From Octopus sinensis (taxonomy: Eukaryota), in NCBI RefSeq assembly GCF_006345805.1, contig NC_043006.1, positions 98,828,001 to 98,892,000 on the forward strand: a stretch of DNA of 64,000 nucleotides, in the 5' to 3' direction. Of the stretch, positions 36,975 through 49,512 are shown piece after piece. The first letter of the stretch is position 1. The number at the start of each line of letters is the position of its first letter. The notes beneath the pieces were generated by a model that ran no database searches, was not told the DNA's origin, and was given only the letters and a program-made list of their open reading frames with translations. A program made the position numbers and the translations under genes.

Positions 36975-38760
36975 AAAAACCATTTTAGAAAGTCGAAAGA
37001 CACTAACCTTCCAGAAGAGATTTCACAAAATGTTTGTGCTCTTCCTTTTATAGATGTGCAAGCGCTTTCAGTTCTTAACGCTTTCAAGCACGTGTTATTA
37101 CATATTGGGAAAGTTGTTTTCAGTAAAAGTGTTGTTGACTATTCCCGGTTTAGTTTGGGACTCAGACATCTTATGAAATATTCTTCTGTTGCCTACCAGA
37201 GAAGGTCGTTCTCTTCATTTATTTTAAGAAGGAAAATTGTAAATTTTCCTCGTGCACATGTGTCCAAATGTTCGCTAAATGGTATGGATCTAAGTGCGGG
37301 GTGTTTTATTTGATGTCTGTGTACATTTACCCGGTTGGTTAGTTTCGTTTTTGTTTCCCCAATATAATGTTCGTTGCATTGTGGGCATGTGATACAATAT
37401 ATCACGTGTTTGCTTTTACGGTTCATATTTGCATTCACCATTGATTCTTTTCTATTCTTGAATTTTGGGGATGGTCCATGTTCTATAAAATCACATGTCC
37501 AATATCGTGGGTCTCCACATTTATTAACTTGCATCATTTCTTCCTCTGATTAAAATCCTGCTTTAGTTAGAAGTTTCTTAAGACTTGGTGGTTGTCTTTG
37601 TTCTTCCTTGATTATTTGCAGTGACATGGGGACTGGTGTAGAATTGGAAGAAGGCGTTTGACTGTTCGTAGAATATTGTGATTCCTGGGATTGTGAATGA
37701 TAACAAATTGGCTAATTTTATGTCCATTTTTCCATTTATCTTCAGTGTGAGTGTTTTTTGCTTTTTTGTGTAGAGATTGCGATATTTGTAGCTTCTGATA
37801 GCGCTTGATCTATTAGTTTGGTGGGGTAGTTTTTGTTTTTTAAGGAACAAGTTCAGCTCTACATGCCGTCTTTCTCTTCTCTGAAACTACTGTACATGTT
37901 CGTCTTGCAATATTAAAGTGTATGTCACTTTTTGTAAGAGAAAGATGGCAAGATCTGAAGTCTAAATTTTGGTGAGTGGCCGTGCTTTTGTAATAGAGGC
38001 CAGTTGCTATAATCTCATTCTCTTTAATTATTAAGATATCTAGGAGGGGAAGGTCCCTTTCATTTATTTCCATAGTGAATTGCATTGATCCATGGACGCT
38101 GTTTATTATTTCAAAAAAATTTAAGGTCTTCCTTACTTTTGTTCCAGAATATAAAGCAGTCATCCAGCATCTTTTCCAGTTTCCCACTAGGTGTGATTGG
38201 AAGTTTTGCCCCAAAGAATATGAGATAAGCACTAGATTTTTTCGTCCAAATAACCCATTACTAGTGTTTCAAATGTAAGTGCAGCCTTGGTACCCATTGC
38301 ATTCCCATGTGTTTGTAGCTAGTATTTATTGGTTGTCAAAAAAGAAGTACTTAGTTTCTAGTACTAGTTGTTGCCCTTCAAGTATGAACTCCTTGGCGAA
38401 TCTTTCTTGGAATCTTTGAGGATATTTGTATATCTAGAACTCTACTGACTAATTTGGTTTCTTTGTTCACTCTTTTAGGAATGGTGTTTAGGAAATCCAC
38501 ATCATCTCAAATATAACTAGAGACAAATTTACATAAGAGTTTTAGAATTGTGTTAAGCAAGTTGCTTGGTTTTTGTGTGCTTGATGCCGGTCCGACTACA
38601 ATTGGTCTTAATTTAATATCCACTATATGTAACAACGCGTGCTTGAAAATGTTAAAAACTGAAAGCGCTTGCACATCTATAAGAACAAATGCCACGCACA
38701 TTTTGTGAAATCTCTTCTCAAATGTTAGTGCATTTCAACTTTCTACAAAGGTTCTTTTCT
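36975..38760 (-). mobile_element. Penelope-like retroelement (RT thumb plus GIY-YIG), 5'-truncated, with inverted terminal pLTR copy
   Basis: INSVHGSMQFTMEINERDLPLLDILIIKE, YYKSTATHQNLDFRSCH and KSKHVIYCITCPQCNEHYIGETKTKLTNRVNVHRHQI. 36978-37110 is the reverse complement of ~38622-38755. Confidence 0.9.
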
Positions 38761-38767
38761 CAATTTT

Positions 38768-39017
38768 AACTCTTTGAGAAAAAGCCTTCTCTCCAAATAT
38801 TATAGCTATATAAAGGAACTTTCAAAACACTCCAAATATACATACACACACACATTCACAAGGCTTTCGTTGCTCCGAGGCTATAGTAGAAGGTACTTGC
38901 TCGCGGTGCCACGCAGTGAGACTGAACCTGTAACAATGCAGTTGAGAAGCAAGTTTCTTACCACACAGTTACTTGGCATGCTTTCAGTTCATAGTTTCAA
39001 AGGGAACTCTACTTTTA
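38768..39017 (+). repeat. Local dispersed duplication, copy 1 (copy 2 at 40816-41039); includes a minus-strand SINE B head fragment
   Basis: Near-identical ~250 bp segments about 2.05 kb apart. Confidence 0.9.
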
Positions 39018-40472
39018 TATATTAATATGGCTATAGACTAAGTGCAACTTATGTAAGGCATCCAATATCATAGAGTAGACGCCACTACCATGCACGTGGA
39101 ATTGTATCTATGCTAGAACACCATTTGTATAATGTCTATAATATTTTTACATTCTGATAGCGTACATGCCTTCTACCATTCACGGGAAATATGATAATTA
39201 ATATTATTTTATTCAAGGAGGAGATCAACTAAATCCAGCACAGCATTACCTTAAGAATTGTACATAATATTGTGTACTTATTGCTGTGTAGTGTGCATTA
39301 AACTGTGGAGTTATATAGACGTGAATTCACTTTATTTATTGAATGGCTTGAGGTCTTGTTTCTCTTTCACGATCAGTTCACTTGCAAAAACACACGAATG
39401 CTTCACTGCTACTACCCATTTGAATAATCAATATTCACTGTATATTTCAAGTTTGAATTGTAAAATTATTGCCTAAATTTCATCAGCTGAGAATCGTAAT
39501 TGTATTTTTAAGTTACATATTTGGGTCTCCTGATTATATCGATCAGTATATAAAGGCTTGTTCCGTACACTATCTTTCTGTTTGATACTACCAATCGAAA
39601 ATAGAATCCATTCTGACCAGTTAACGATCGATTACATGCCCCAACTGACTCTAAATTTCTCTCTTTTATCCATTCTTAAATCTTTGATTTACAAAAGAAA
39701 TATTTTGGCTCACATCGAAATTATTTTGCGGTAATAGATTCTATTCCATGGGAAATTGATTTTAGAGGAAATTGGAAGGGCTATTTTCGGAGAATTATTA
39801 TTGCGTTATCAAAGAGGCAAAATTCTACAATAAAGATTCGTCGATGTTCTGGTATAGGAAAATAAAATTTTGTTGAATCCATGATGTTTCCATTTTGTAG
39901 TTAAGTAACAATATCATATATATGTTCTTATTTAGTGATCGCTAAACCATTTTGGGAAATAAATTGTTCCCAGTTTGATTATCTTCTGAAAAGTTCATCT
40001 CTATTTTTGTGAATGTATACACAAGCAAGCGTTACATATAGGACTAAGGAGACGAAACACCTGAACTATTTACGTGTTGGTCAAAAATATATCCTTGTCG
40101 ATAACTTCAAAGTTTTCGAAACCATTATTAGTAGCAAATCAATTTATATTCAGTTTAAATATCCTCTTACAAATCTATTAACCTTGAATAATATTCTCGG
40201 AAATAGACGTTCAAACTGTTTTCCAAAAGTGGATATGTAATTGTTATATATTCATGATCTTTTTTTCACTATAAAAATCTGCATGTGTGATATCTATTTG
40301 CATTCGGTATTAACTGTAATATATATATATATATTATATATATATTACGTAAATAGAGGAATTTATCTGTAAATATAGTATGTGACAATTATTCGGTAGC
40401 CAAGATAAAACTCTGACTTTCAGATGCCGAGGTGGAAATCCACACCACCATCTCTTCAGTTATCGGACCATT

Positions 40473-40519
<47 letters not shown>

Positions 40520-40536
40520 TATATATATATACATCC

Positions 40537-40568
<32 letters not shown>

Positions 40569-40815
40569 CAGTATAGTGAAGACATGTATTATGATACCAA
40601 TGACTAATATAATGCTGAAAGCATTAGACCTTCTACAAAGGATATATTAACTAGATAAATCAATATGACAGGCTATATCAATGTTCATAAACTACTAAAA
40701 CTAGTAGAAATTACACGCTAAAATAAAAACAAAATGATGGAGAATGCACTGGATTGAGGAATAATTGGAGAACCTGCGATCATAGATTTGTTCGATAACT
40801 AGAGAACAGTGGGAG

Positions 40816-41039
40816 AACTCTTTGAGAAAAAGCCTTCTCTCCAAATATTATAGCTATATTAAGGAATTTTCAAAACACTCCAAATATACATACACACACA
40901 CACACATTCACAAGGCTTTCGTTGCTCCGAGGCTTTCGTTGCTCTGAACCCGTAACAATGCAGTTGGGAAGCAAGTTTCTTACCACACAGTTACCTGGTA
41001 TGCTTTCAGTTCATAGTTTCAAAGGGAACTCTACTTTTA
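40816..41039 (+). repeat. Local dispersed duplication, copy 2
   Basis: Matches 38768-39017, with an internal deletion replaced by a second aggctttcgttgctc. Confidence 0.9.
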
Positions 41040-41159
41040 CATTGAGTCAGACGTCCGAAGTCGAAGTTTTATCCTTCATTATATGTCGCTTATAACGTTT
41101 AGTTGCATTTCAACGTATATTTTAATTTTGTTGTAACTATTGGAGTATTGAATATGGAG

Positions 41160-41245
41160 CGGGCTTGCTGTCTGTAGGATCATGCTATCTTTTCTTTTCA
41201 ACTCTCTAATACTTTTCTGATTATTTTGGCCGTGCCAAGGGGGGG
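41160..41245 (-). mobile_element. R4/Dong 3' end fragment
   Basis: catgctatc...ctctctaatactt..ctgatta...ccgtgccaagg is homologous to ~22000-22080. Confidence 0.5.
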
Positions 41246-41633
41246 GAGGACCTTTTGTAATTGTTTGACTGGCACCCTATTCAGTTTTCCTTTTTATTCC
41301 TGTTGGTGACTTCTAATACTGTTCCAAAGGAACCAACAATATATATATATAGATATATATATATATATATGCATGTATATATGTATGTATATATATATAT
41401 ATATATAGATATATATATATATATATATATTTATTCATGTATTTATCTATCTATCTATCTATCTCTCTCTATATATATACATATTCTATATACATATTAT
41501 ATATATATTGTTGCCAACTTAATATGCCAGTACCAGGAAACGCCGATTCTAGTTGGCTACGCGACACAAACGTTCAGTATCCTTAAGCTTTCAAACAGGG
41601 GAGATAAGCACTTCCCTCCAGCAAAGTCAGTAA

Positions 41634-41674
41634 CCAGAGACTAGTTTCTGGGTAATTCCGCTTCATCAGTCTGG
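41634..41674 (-). ncRNA. Minimal type I hammerhead ribozyme-like motif (PLE type)
   Basis: 5'-CCAGA CUGAUGA AGCGGAAUUACCCA GAAA CUAG UC^UCUGG-3'. Canonical core, perfect 5 bp helix I, palindromic helix III ACUAGU and GUC site; helix II is weak. Confidence 0.6.
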
Positions 41675-42282
41675 AGTAGGTTGGCCCTTCTATCTGTCGG
41701 ATTTCAAGTGAAATAAATTCACTGATCTATTGAATACTGATCGATTGAAATGCAATATTTCTAATTATATATATGAGGCTGGGTGTGGGTGTACAACCGC
41801 AGAGATTGTTGACGTTCACAACCCATTTTCTCTAAATTTGGAATATACGAATATACATTGCTTGTGTTGCAGAAATGGTTTTAGACTCTTAAAATACGTT
41901 ACACAATGAATAATGGGTACCTGGGTGCAAAAGAACCTCCTCTGCTGTGGTACGTATCGAAAAAAACACGTACTGAAATTATATAAGTATGTTGTATTAA
42001 ATGGATGAACCAATGTAGACTTCAAACTGCGTTGTTAAGTGGTAGTAATAATAGTTCGTTGCCATAGTACAATAGGTAGCAATTTGTTGGTATAAAAACC
42101 GTTTGGAACGCACTGTGTATATTATAAAATATATGCCAAAATATATTACATCTTGAGCGTCTATTCAACTATTTTGTTTTAATTTCGGTATGAAAATTTT
42201 CCGTCTAAGCATAGACGAAAGCCATATACATGTTCTTAAGTATATCGCATGTGCATTAACCTCCTAATTTATGGTGTTTAAG

Positions 42283-42730
42283 ACCCAACCACTTTAGTTA
42301 GAGACCGTGTCCTTAATGAAACCTTGCGGGCTAGGGCGTTACATGCAGAATTATTTTCGTTTGGGAGCTTAGTCGTTCTCACAAAATCGCACGCTGTTTT
42401 CGCGAAGGAGTGCATGGTTGAGACACAACTATTGACCCCCAACCACGTCAGCAACCCAACGACACCCAACCCAACCATGTTTGTTTGGTACCATGTCCTT
42501 AATGTGACCATCTGTACCCCGACGCTACGTGCAGAATTGTTTGCGTTTGGGAGCTGAGTTTTCCTCACAGTGGTCGCACGCTGTTTACGCGAAGGAGTGA
42601 ACGGTTGAGCTACGACTATTGATTGCAAGCCGAAATATCGCACCACCGTGTTGTTTTCAAGCGTTTCCTGGCCAACCCAACCCTCTCACCACGTCATTTC
42701 TTTCATGAAGTGCGGTTGAGTACACCCAGA
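42283..42730. repeat. Diverged GC-rich tandem repeat, ~186 bp period (two copies plus a partial third)
   Basis: acccaacc...tgtccttaatg...gcagaatt...gtttgggagct...tcgcacgctgttt.cgcgaaggagtg occurs at 42283 and ~42469. Confidence 0.7.
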
Positions 42731-43605
42731 AGCTTAATTTATCACATAGATATAGCTCTTATGCTTGCTGATTGTTCAGCGTAGTAGCGGCAGCACCGAC
42801 AGTTACAAAGGAGATTATATCCACCGAGATCTTTTTAGTGCGTTCAAACATCCCATACCCTCATTCACTTTTCCATGAAAATTTCGGGCTTGGAATCTTC
42901 CAATCAGACGCATGACATGTCACTTAGTCGAATTAGTCCTTCATTTACACCACAAATGTTTTGTCATCAATGCTGCACTTCCCCGGTATCACATGTTTCA
43001 TCTTAACCGTACCATATATACAAACTATACCATTTGAATCCCGAGCAACGCTGGATATGTCAGGTAGATCTCTATATCGTTCAATCTGTATCTAACACTA
43101 TAGAAATCCCACAAACTTTGGATTATATTCTTACAATCTTCAGTCACAAAATACCCGTAATTCTTCGATGTTCTCCTTACTGGTAACTATTTCACATCTA
43201 ACTGCTACACAAGTTAAAAAGTCAAGAAAATGTTGACCTTCACTCTTGCAATGATCGCATGAATACCGTAGAGGAAGTACGTTCATATTGTAAGATCTAC
43301 AAGTTGTATCAGTATCTTGTCTGCATGTATTAAGTTTTATTAGTTATGATCATCGTTGCAATATTCTATAAGCTTAATATGTAACCTACTGGAATAAAAT
43401 ACAACTGAAAGTTGACAATTTCGTCGCCAGACAGAGAGAGTCATTCGATGAGATATAACTACTTAAATGTAAAGCAACTAACATAGGTAGACATGATAAG
43501 CAGACATGATAAAAACTTCTGAATAAAATACAGCTATCTTGTTGTCACAAGATTTGCTAATGGCAGACAAAGCCTGAACTTTGCAAATTTTCTGTTGTAT
43601 TACTC

Positions 43606-44016
43606 TTTTTCTCTTTTTTTTACTCTTTTTACTTGTTTCAGTCATTTGACTGCGGCCATGCTGGAGCACCGCCTTTAGTCGAGCAAATCGACCCCGGGAC
43701 TTATTCTTTGTAAGCCCAGTACTTATTCTATCGGTCTCTTTTGCCGAACCGCTAAGTTACGGGGACGTAAACACACCAGCATCGGTTGTCAAGCAATGGT
43801 AGGGGAACAAACACAGACACACAAACATATTCACACACATATATATATACATATATACGACAGGCTTCTTTCAGTTTCCGTCTACCAAATCCACTCACAA
43901 GGCATTGGTCGGCCCGGGGCTATAGCAGAAGACACGTGCCCAAGATGCCACGCAGTGGGACTGAACCCGGAACCATGTGGTTGGTTAGCAAGCTACTTAC
44001 CAAACAGCCACTCCTG
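43606..44016 (-). mobile_element. SINE family B, full length
   Basis: Near identical to 6579-6997. Confidence 0.9.
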
Positions 44017-44499
44017 TATCTTCAAATATTTTCACTTTATATTTTATTTTTCTACGATACTAGACCACCCGTGACTCGTAAGGTCACCAATAATAGTTCA
44101 AGCTAGCCGAAAAAACCCCGCGTATCTCGGGAATCCGTGGTCCGATTTACGCGAACTTCTGTTATTCAGCGTGTATTCACATTCCAATCGTACCTTAATT
44201 CCAAAGCATTTTTCCCCATTATACACCGGTTTGGTTATTCATAAAGATACCAGAAAAAAATCGCGTTTCTCGGTAACGCGTGGTCTGATTTATGGGAGAC
44301 TTGTTTTGTTTTTCCGATTGTATTCACATGATCATCCGATTCATGACGTTCCCTGCTTTTGTCTCTTTCTTCCTTCTGTTTCGCTCGATTCCTTATCTCC
44401 TCTGCTGCTGTTTCTTTCCCTCTGTTTCACCAGACGCTCAGTTCTTGCTTTGTCTGTCTCATCCATCCGTTTATTCTCATGCCTTTCCCGATCTTGGGT

Positions 44500-44978
44500 A
44501 AATACTTTGTAAAGGACCCGTTCATACTTCGGTACGAAAAAAAATTTGCACACTTTTTTCGAGTGCATTCTACGTATCTCACCTCCAAATCCACCGCAAG
44601 CCACTTTCTTCCGGAAAACAAAAGGTGGTGTAGTAGGGACCTCGGAGTTTCCCACCAACAGAATTTCGCTTCGTGCTTTTTTCTTTAACTGCTCCAGGTT
44701 GCTTCGCATCCTTTCAACGAATGTGACATCGAAATCACGCCTAAACGGATCATTTCCTCAGAAAAGAAAATGTTTGGCTGCTATTTCCTGCACGCCTTGC
44801 TACCACGTATCCGTTATTTCGGGACCTTTATCGCAGATCCCTCTTACGTGGTAGCAGGGTGTGCTAGAAATAGCAGGCAAATCTTTGGAGGTCAAATACG
44901 TCGAATGCACTCGAAAAACACGTATGGGAAAAAGTTATTTCACACCGAGGTTACGAACGGTCCTTTTACGAAATATTT
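44500..44978. mobile_element. Diverged inverted repeat (~100 bp arms, ~270 bp spacer), MITE-like
   Basis: 44500-44600 is a degenerate reverse complement of ~44875-44978 (tttttcgagtgcattc.acgtat...cctccaaa). Confidence 0.6.
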
Positions 44979-47439
44979 ACTGTATCTTTAAAGCTATTTT
45001 CACTTTAAAATATTTTTATAAACACCTAAAATAATTTTAATAATTTTTGAAAGTAATTAAAAAAATTAAAATGTGCCCCGGCATGGTCACAACTCGTGAG
45101 CTGAAACTAGATAAAATATAAATATAAAATATAAATATAAAAAAAATATATATATTTTCTATTTATAGAAAAATAAAATATAGATACTTACAGTTTTGAA
45201 ATCACATTCACCTAAAAATATTTCTAAAGGATTAAAATATTGTCTTTAACAAAATCGAAAATAGAAACATTAACTGTAAAAACAACTTGCATTTTTCCGT
45301 TGGCAAGTTAAAGTCACTAAAATTTTCCCCACCATAATGTACCTAATCGGAAGGTTAGAGTTTCCTCCCTTTCAGGGTTAAGTTATTTTCGGAGTATATT
45401 CCCACAAAAAAAACATATTTCAAGAATCAGTGGTCTGATTTACGCGAAACTTGTCTTATTTTGTTTATATTCACATTTCAGGGGTCCTTTACTTTTAAAC
45501 TATTTTCTCATGATGCTGCAGTTTGACTGTGTAATATTCCAAGCAAGCAAGATTGAAGTTCATTTCTAATAGTATATAGATATGCATGCACGTAGACATA
45601 TAGCAAGTGTGAAGGCGAATAATACAGTTAACGAAGGAAATACAAGTTTTAGAGAATATGCTATTGGCTTCACAATTTAATGCAAAGAGAAAAAATCTCA
45701 ATACTGTGGGCGTTACTCCGTCATTAGCAGAAAGAAAAAAATATGAATAGAATGTAAGACATAAGAATAGGCAATGAGAATGAGAAAATGGCAGCGAAGC
45801 GTTTAGAATACAGATCTGGAACAGATTGTATGGAAAAGAGTTAAGAAGAAACAAATAAGTGGGTGTGTATGTGGAAATATTATAAAGTCCTCCTGTCTGG
45901 ATATGGACTTATAAAGTGGAGCGGTTTACGTGGTTTTCTGGTTGTGTGTATGTTCGCATAAGAGTGACAGTGTATGTGTATTATGGCGTATTTTGGTGGA
46001 GTTTGTAATGTTGATTTGAGTAGCAATTTTTAAACGTACGTTAAGAGAGTATGGATATAGGGATATGAGGGCGAGGTTTGGCGAGAGGCATGTAAGATGA
46101 ATATATGGGGATATTGTGTGTAAAAGTGGGAAAGCTTTCCTCAAATACGCATGGTATCAAGTAATAGAAAAAATTATTTCTCTAAACAAGTTAAAACACG
46201 TTTTTAGAAAACGAAATACGTAACTGATAAAGAGGAGAAATTGCCGAATATCCAAACTTCACTATAAAATAATAAAATCTATAGGGATTCCAGTAAAATT
46301 CACCTGGGAGTTTCCTGTATTCAATATCAATTTGTAGCAGCTTATCACATACGAGAGTTATCACTTACTGTAAAAAAAAAAAAAATGGTGGAAAAAGTAA
46401 GTAACATCTTTACGGTTTGCTAAAGAAATTTACTGATTAATCGTGTTGCCTAAAAAATTGATGTTTCCCCGGTACTTTAATCTCTAATATTTTCTAAAAA
46501 ACATATTTTTTAACGTATAAATGTCGAATATTTCTAATTAAAACTGCAAAAAATTCAAAATATACATATAGCTGTTGCTGTTCCTTTTGTATGTGTGTGT
46601 CTGTATGTGAGTGAGTGTGTGCGTGTGCGTGTGTGGATCTGTATGTATGTGTAAGCGTCTAGGAGTGTGTATGTGTAAGCGTCTAGGAGTGTGTATGTGT
46701 GTGTGCGTGTGCTTTCGTGTGTGAGTATGTGTGTGTGTTTTTACGTAGGTAGATAGGTTTGTACGTTTGTAAGATTTATTAATACTCTCTTTTCTTAAAC
46801 TGAAAATGTTTGAAATAATCACACAAACAATTATACTAAGCAACTGAACTAATCTGCACTTACCATATTATTCATAATAAAGAATATTCACTGTTATATT
46901 ATATCAGCTTCTATAAATTTGTACCGCGAATACGGGCAACTCTATGGCTCGTCGTATCCTTGCATAAACATGGATCATAATTTTATATGTATTTTCGTTG
47001 CCTTGAGGTAACATATTATAAGGAACTTCACTTTACAGAAATTCGTTTCAAATGAACCGGTTAGCAACGATTTTTTAAACGAAGATCCAAATATACGATA
47101 ATCTAATTATATGAAATACGGACTTTAGTCGATTCCTTATTGTATTTCTCTATGTTCATCATATTAATATATACATATATGGTAGTGGACAGAGAATAGA
47201 AGATACATTCCTCTTGTTTGATGGATGACAATAGAACATAGACAGACAATTTGTCTCTCAGTGCGACCTTATGACGAACTATTTCTTTTGCTTGGATATC
47301 ATTTTAGATAGCGAAATGTCTTAAAATTCGACATCAGTGCAACAATCACTTTCATCGAAATTCTGTTGCTAATCATTATTTGCATCATTGATTCTATTTT
47401 GCCAACAGATGAAAGCAATAAAGAAAATGAAATTCTATT

Positions 47440-48200
47440 TTTTAAACGAAGCACATCAATGAATCAAAATATTGAATGTATTATATATCTCATGGATATT
47501 CCTACAGTTTCCATTGGAAGTTTATTAAGAAACAAATAACCTCCCGTTAGAATACTGGCGCGGAATGTGAGACATCTACAAGAGAAGATAATTGACATAA
47601 CTAGAAGAAAATGCCAGTATATTGTAAATTTAATAATTCCGTAGGATATGACGAGCTGTTTGAGATGGAAACATCTACAGAAATTACTTGTATTGGGCGT
47701 ATTTTCTTGTTAAGTAATATAGATAAATGTCGTAGCAGTTATCTCCTCGTTTACAAGCGATGCATTGTTAATGATATCGAGTGAATTAGCTCCTCAGCGA
47801 GAGAATATATATTGGGATGATGTACAATGTTGTTACGAGATCTAATTCCAAAATAACAACTCCAAAATTTGTTCGTTATTAAGATTTATCCGTCGAAGTT
47901 ATTCAGCTCTCCGTTATTAGTGGATTAGTGATATTGTCATCCACAATACTAAATAATTTTTACAACTAACAAGTATTATGTTCTAATACATATCAAGACA
48001 TTATGTTGTTTACACTGGCTTCTGTGTAGTAAGTGATCATGCGTGTCTTTATAGTGTTTGGTAAGTAGGTTGTTTCGTCTTTGACAATTTTGCTTTCTGG
48101 AATTTACATCAGCAGCCTGAAGAAGTAATATCCGTAGATTGTTTTCCTTTGACGTTTTTCTTTCGTTCTGTTTGTCAATGTTCGATTCCATTTCGAATGG
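47440..48200 (-). pseudogene. Possible Helitron/PIF1-like helicase fossil
   Basis: Colinear degenerate motifs NNLRILLLQ (cf. TNMRV), NASLVNEEI, YPTELLNLQ (cf. YPTEFLNSL) and RASILTGG (cf. EATILTG); many stops. Confidence 0.35.
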
Positions 48201-49123
48201 CTATATAGTTTTATATTTGTGCTCATATGCGTTTTATATAAAATTTCGACAGGATTATAAACGGTTGATGCTATTGCTCTTCATCCTACAAGAGTTTTGA
48301 AACGACCGTTGAACTTCTATATTTGAAGTGATATTTTGCCGTGGTACAGTTTAGCTAAGGAACAATCATATTTCTACTTTATATAAGAGCATCTAATGAA
48401 TAAAGGAAGTTATTTTTGCCTTAGGTGTCTGCATTAAAATTTGCACTATTGATTCAATTTTGCATTGCTTTAAATGGATTTTTGAAAGTATCAAATGTTT
48501 TGATGGTGATTATACATTTAAGTATCTGTGTATTGCGTATGCAAGCGTGTATGTATATATGCTCATATACGCGTGCGCGCGCACACAAACATACTTGCAG
48601 CTATTTGTTAGGCCTATAAAGTCTCTGACCTAAACGATAACAGACTAACGCAATGAGCTATCAGTTTTTGCCTATAAACAATTTGTCTTAAAACGATACA
48701 GTCGGATTGGGGTATTATATGGCTATCATCACAAGGAAGTCCAATCAACTGATAGGGGGCTCTATTTAATGCATGATTTATGCAGGACGTTTTGTTTGTT
48801 GCTAGTCCTGTTGATGACTGCGGCTAAATTGTCAAAAATACGATTACGTTTGGTACTAACGAAGCGTTCACGCTTGGTTTTATCTTTGAACATAGGTTTT
48901 ATTCTGTATGATTTGAATAACTATATTGTTATAATATTTACAATAAAGTTTGCTGAATTATGCTGATGGTAGCTTATGATCGTGAATTTTCGTTATATTT
49001 CAAACATAAGCCTGTACAAAATATTCATTTCCCTTCTCATTCTGTTATTTTGTACAGAATAAATTTAATGGGCTAATGCTACTTCATAAATGTACACATT
49101 ACTCTGCAGTGGGTATATATATT

Positions 49124-49187
<64 letters not shown>

Positions 49188-49200
49188 TATATATAGTCGT

Positions 49201-49512
49201 GCTGACCAAAGCCTTGTGAGTGGATTTGGTAGACGGAAACTGAAAGAAACCCGTCGTATATATGTATATATATATATATATAATATATATATATATGCGT
49301 GTGTGTGTGTCTGTGTTTGTCCCCCTAGCATTGCTTGACAACCGATGCTGGTGTGTTTATCTTCCCGTTAATTAGCGGTTCGGCAAAAGAGACCGATAGA
49401 ATAAGTATTGGGCTTACAAAAGAATAAGTCCCGGGATTGAGTTGCTCAACTAATGGCGGTGCTCCAGCATGGCCGCAGTCAAATGACTGAAATAAGTAAA
49501 AGAGTAACAGAG
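49201..49512 (+). mobile_element. SINE family B, 5'-truncated
   Basis: Begins gaccaaagccttgtgagtgg and ends aaaagagtaacagagta. Confidence 0.88.

Noticed and set aside
44171-44991. Cluster of overlapping 64-122 aa ORFs on both strands
   Set aside because: No recognisable motifs; higher GC and pyrimidine-rich tracts in a repeat explain the open frames.
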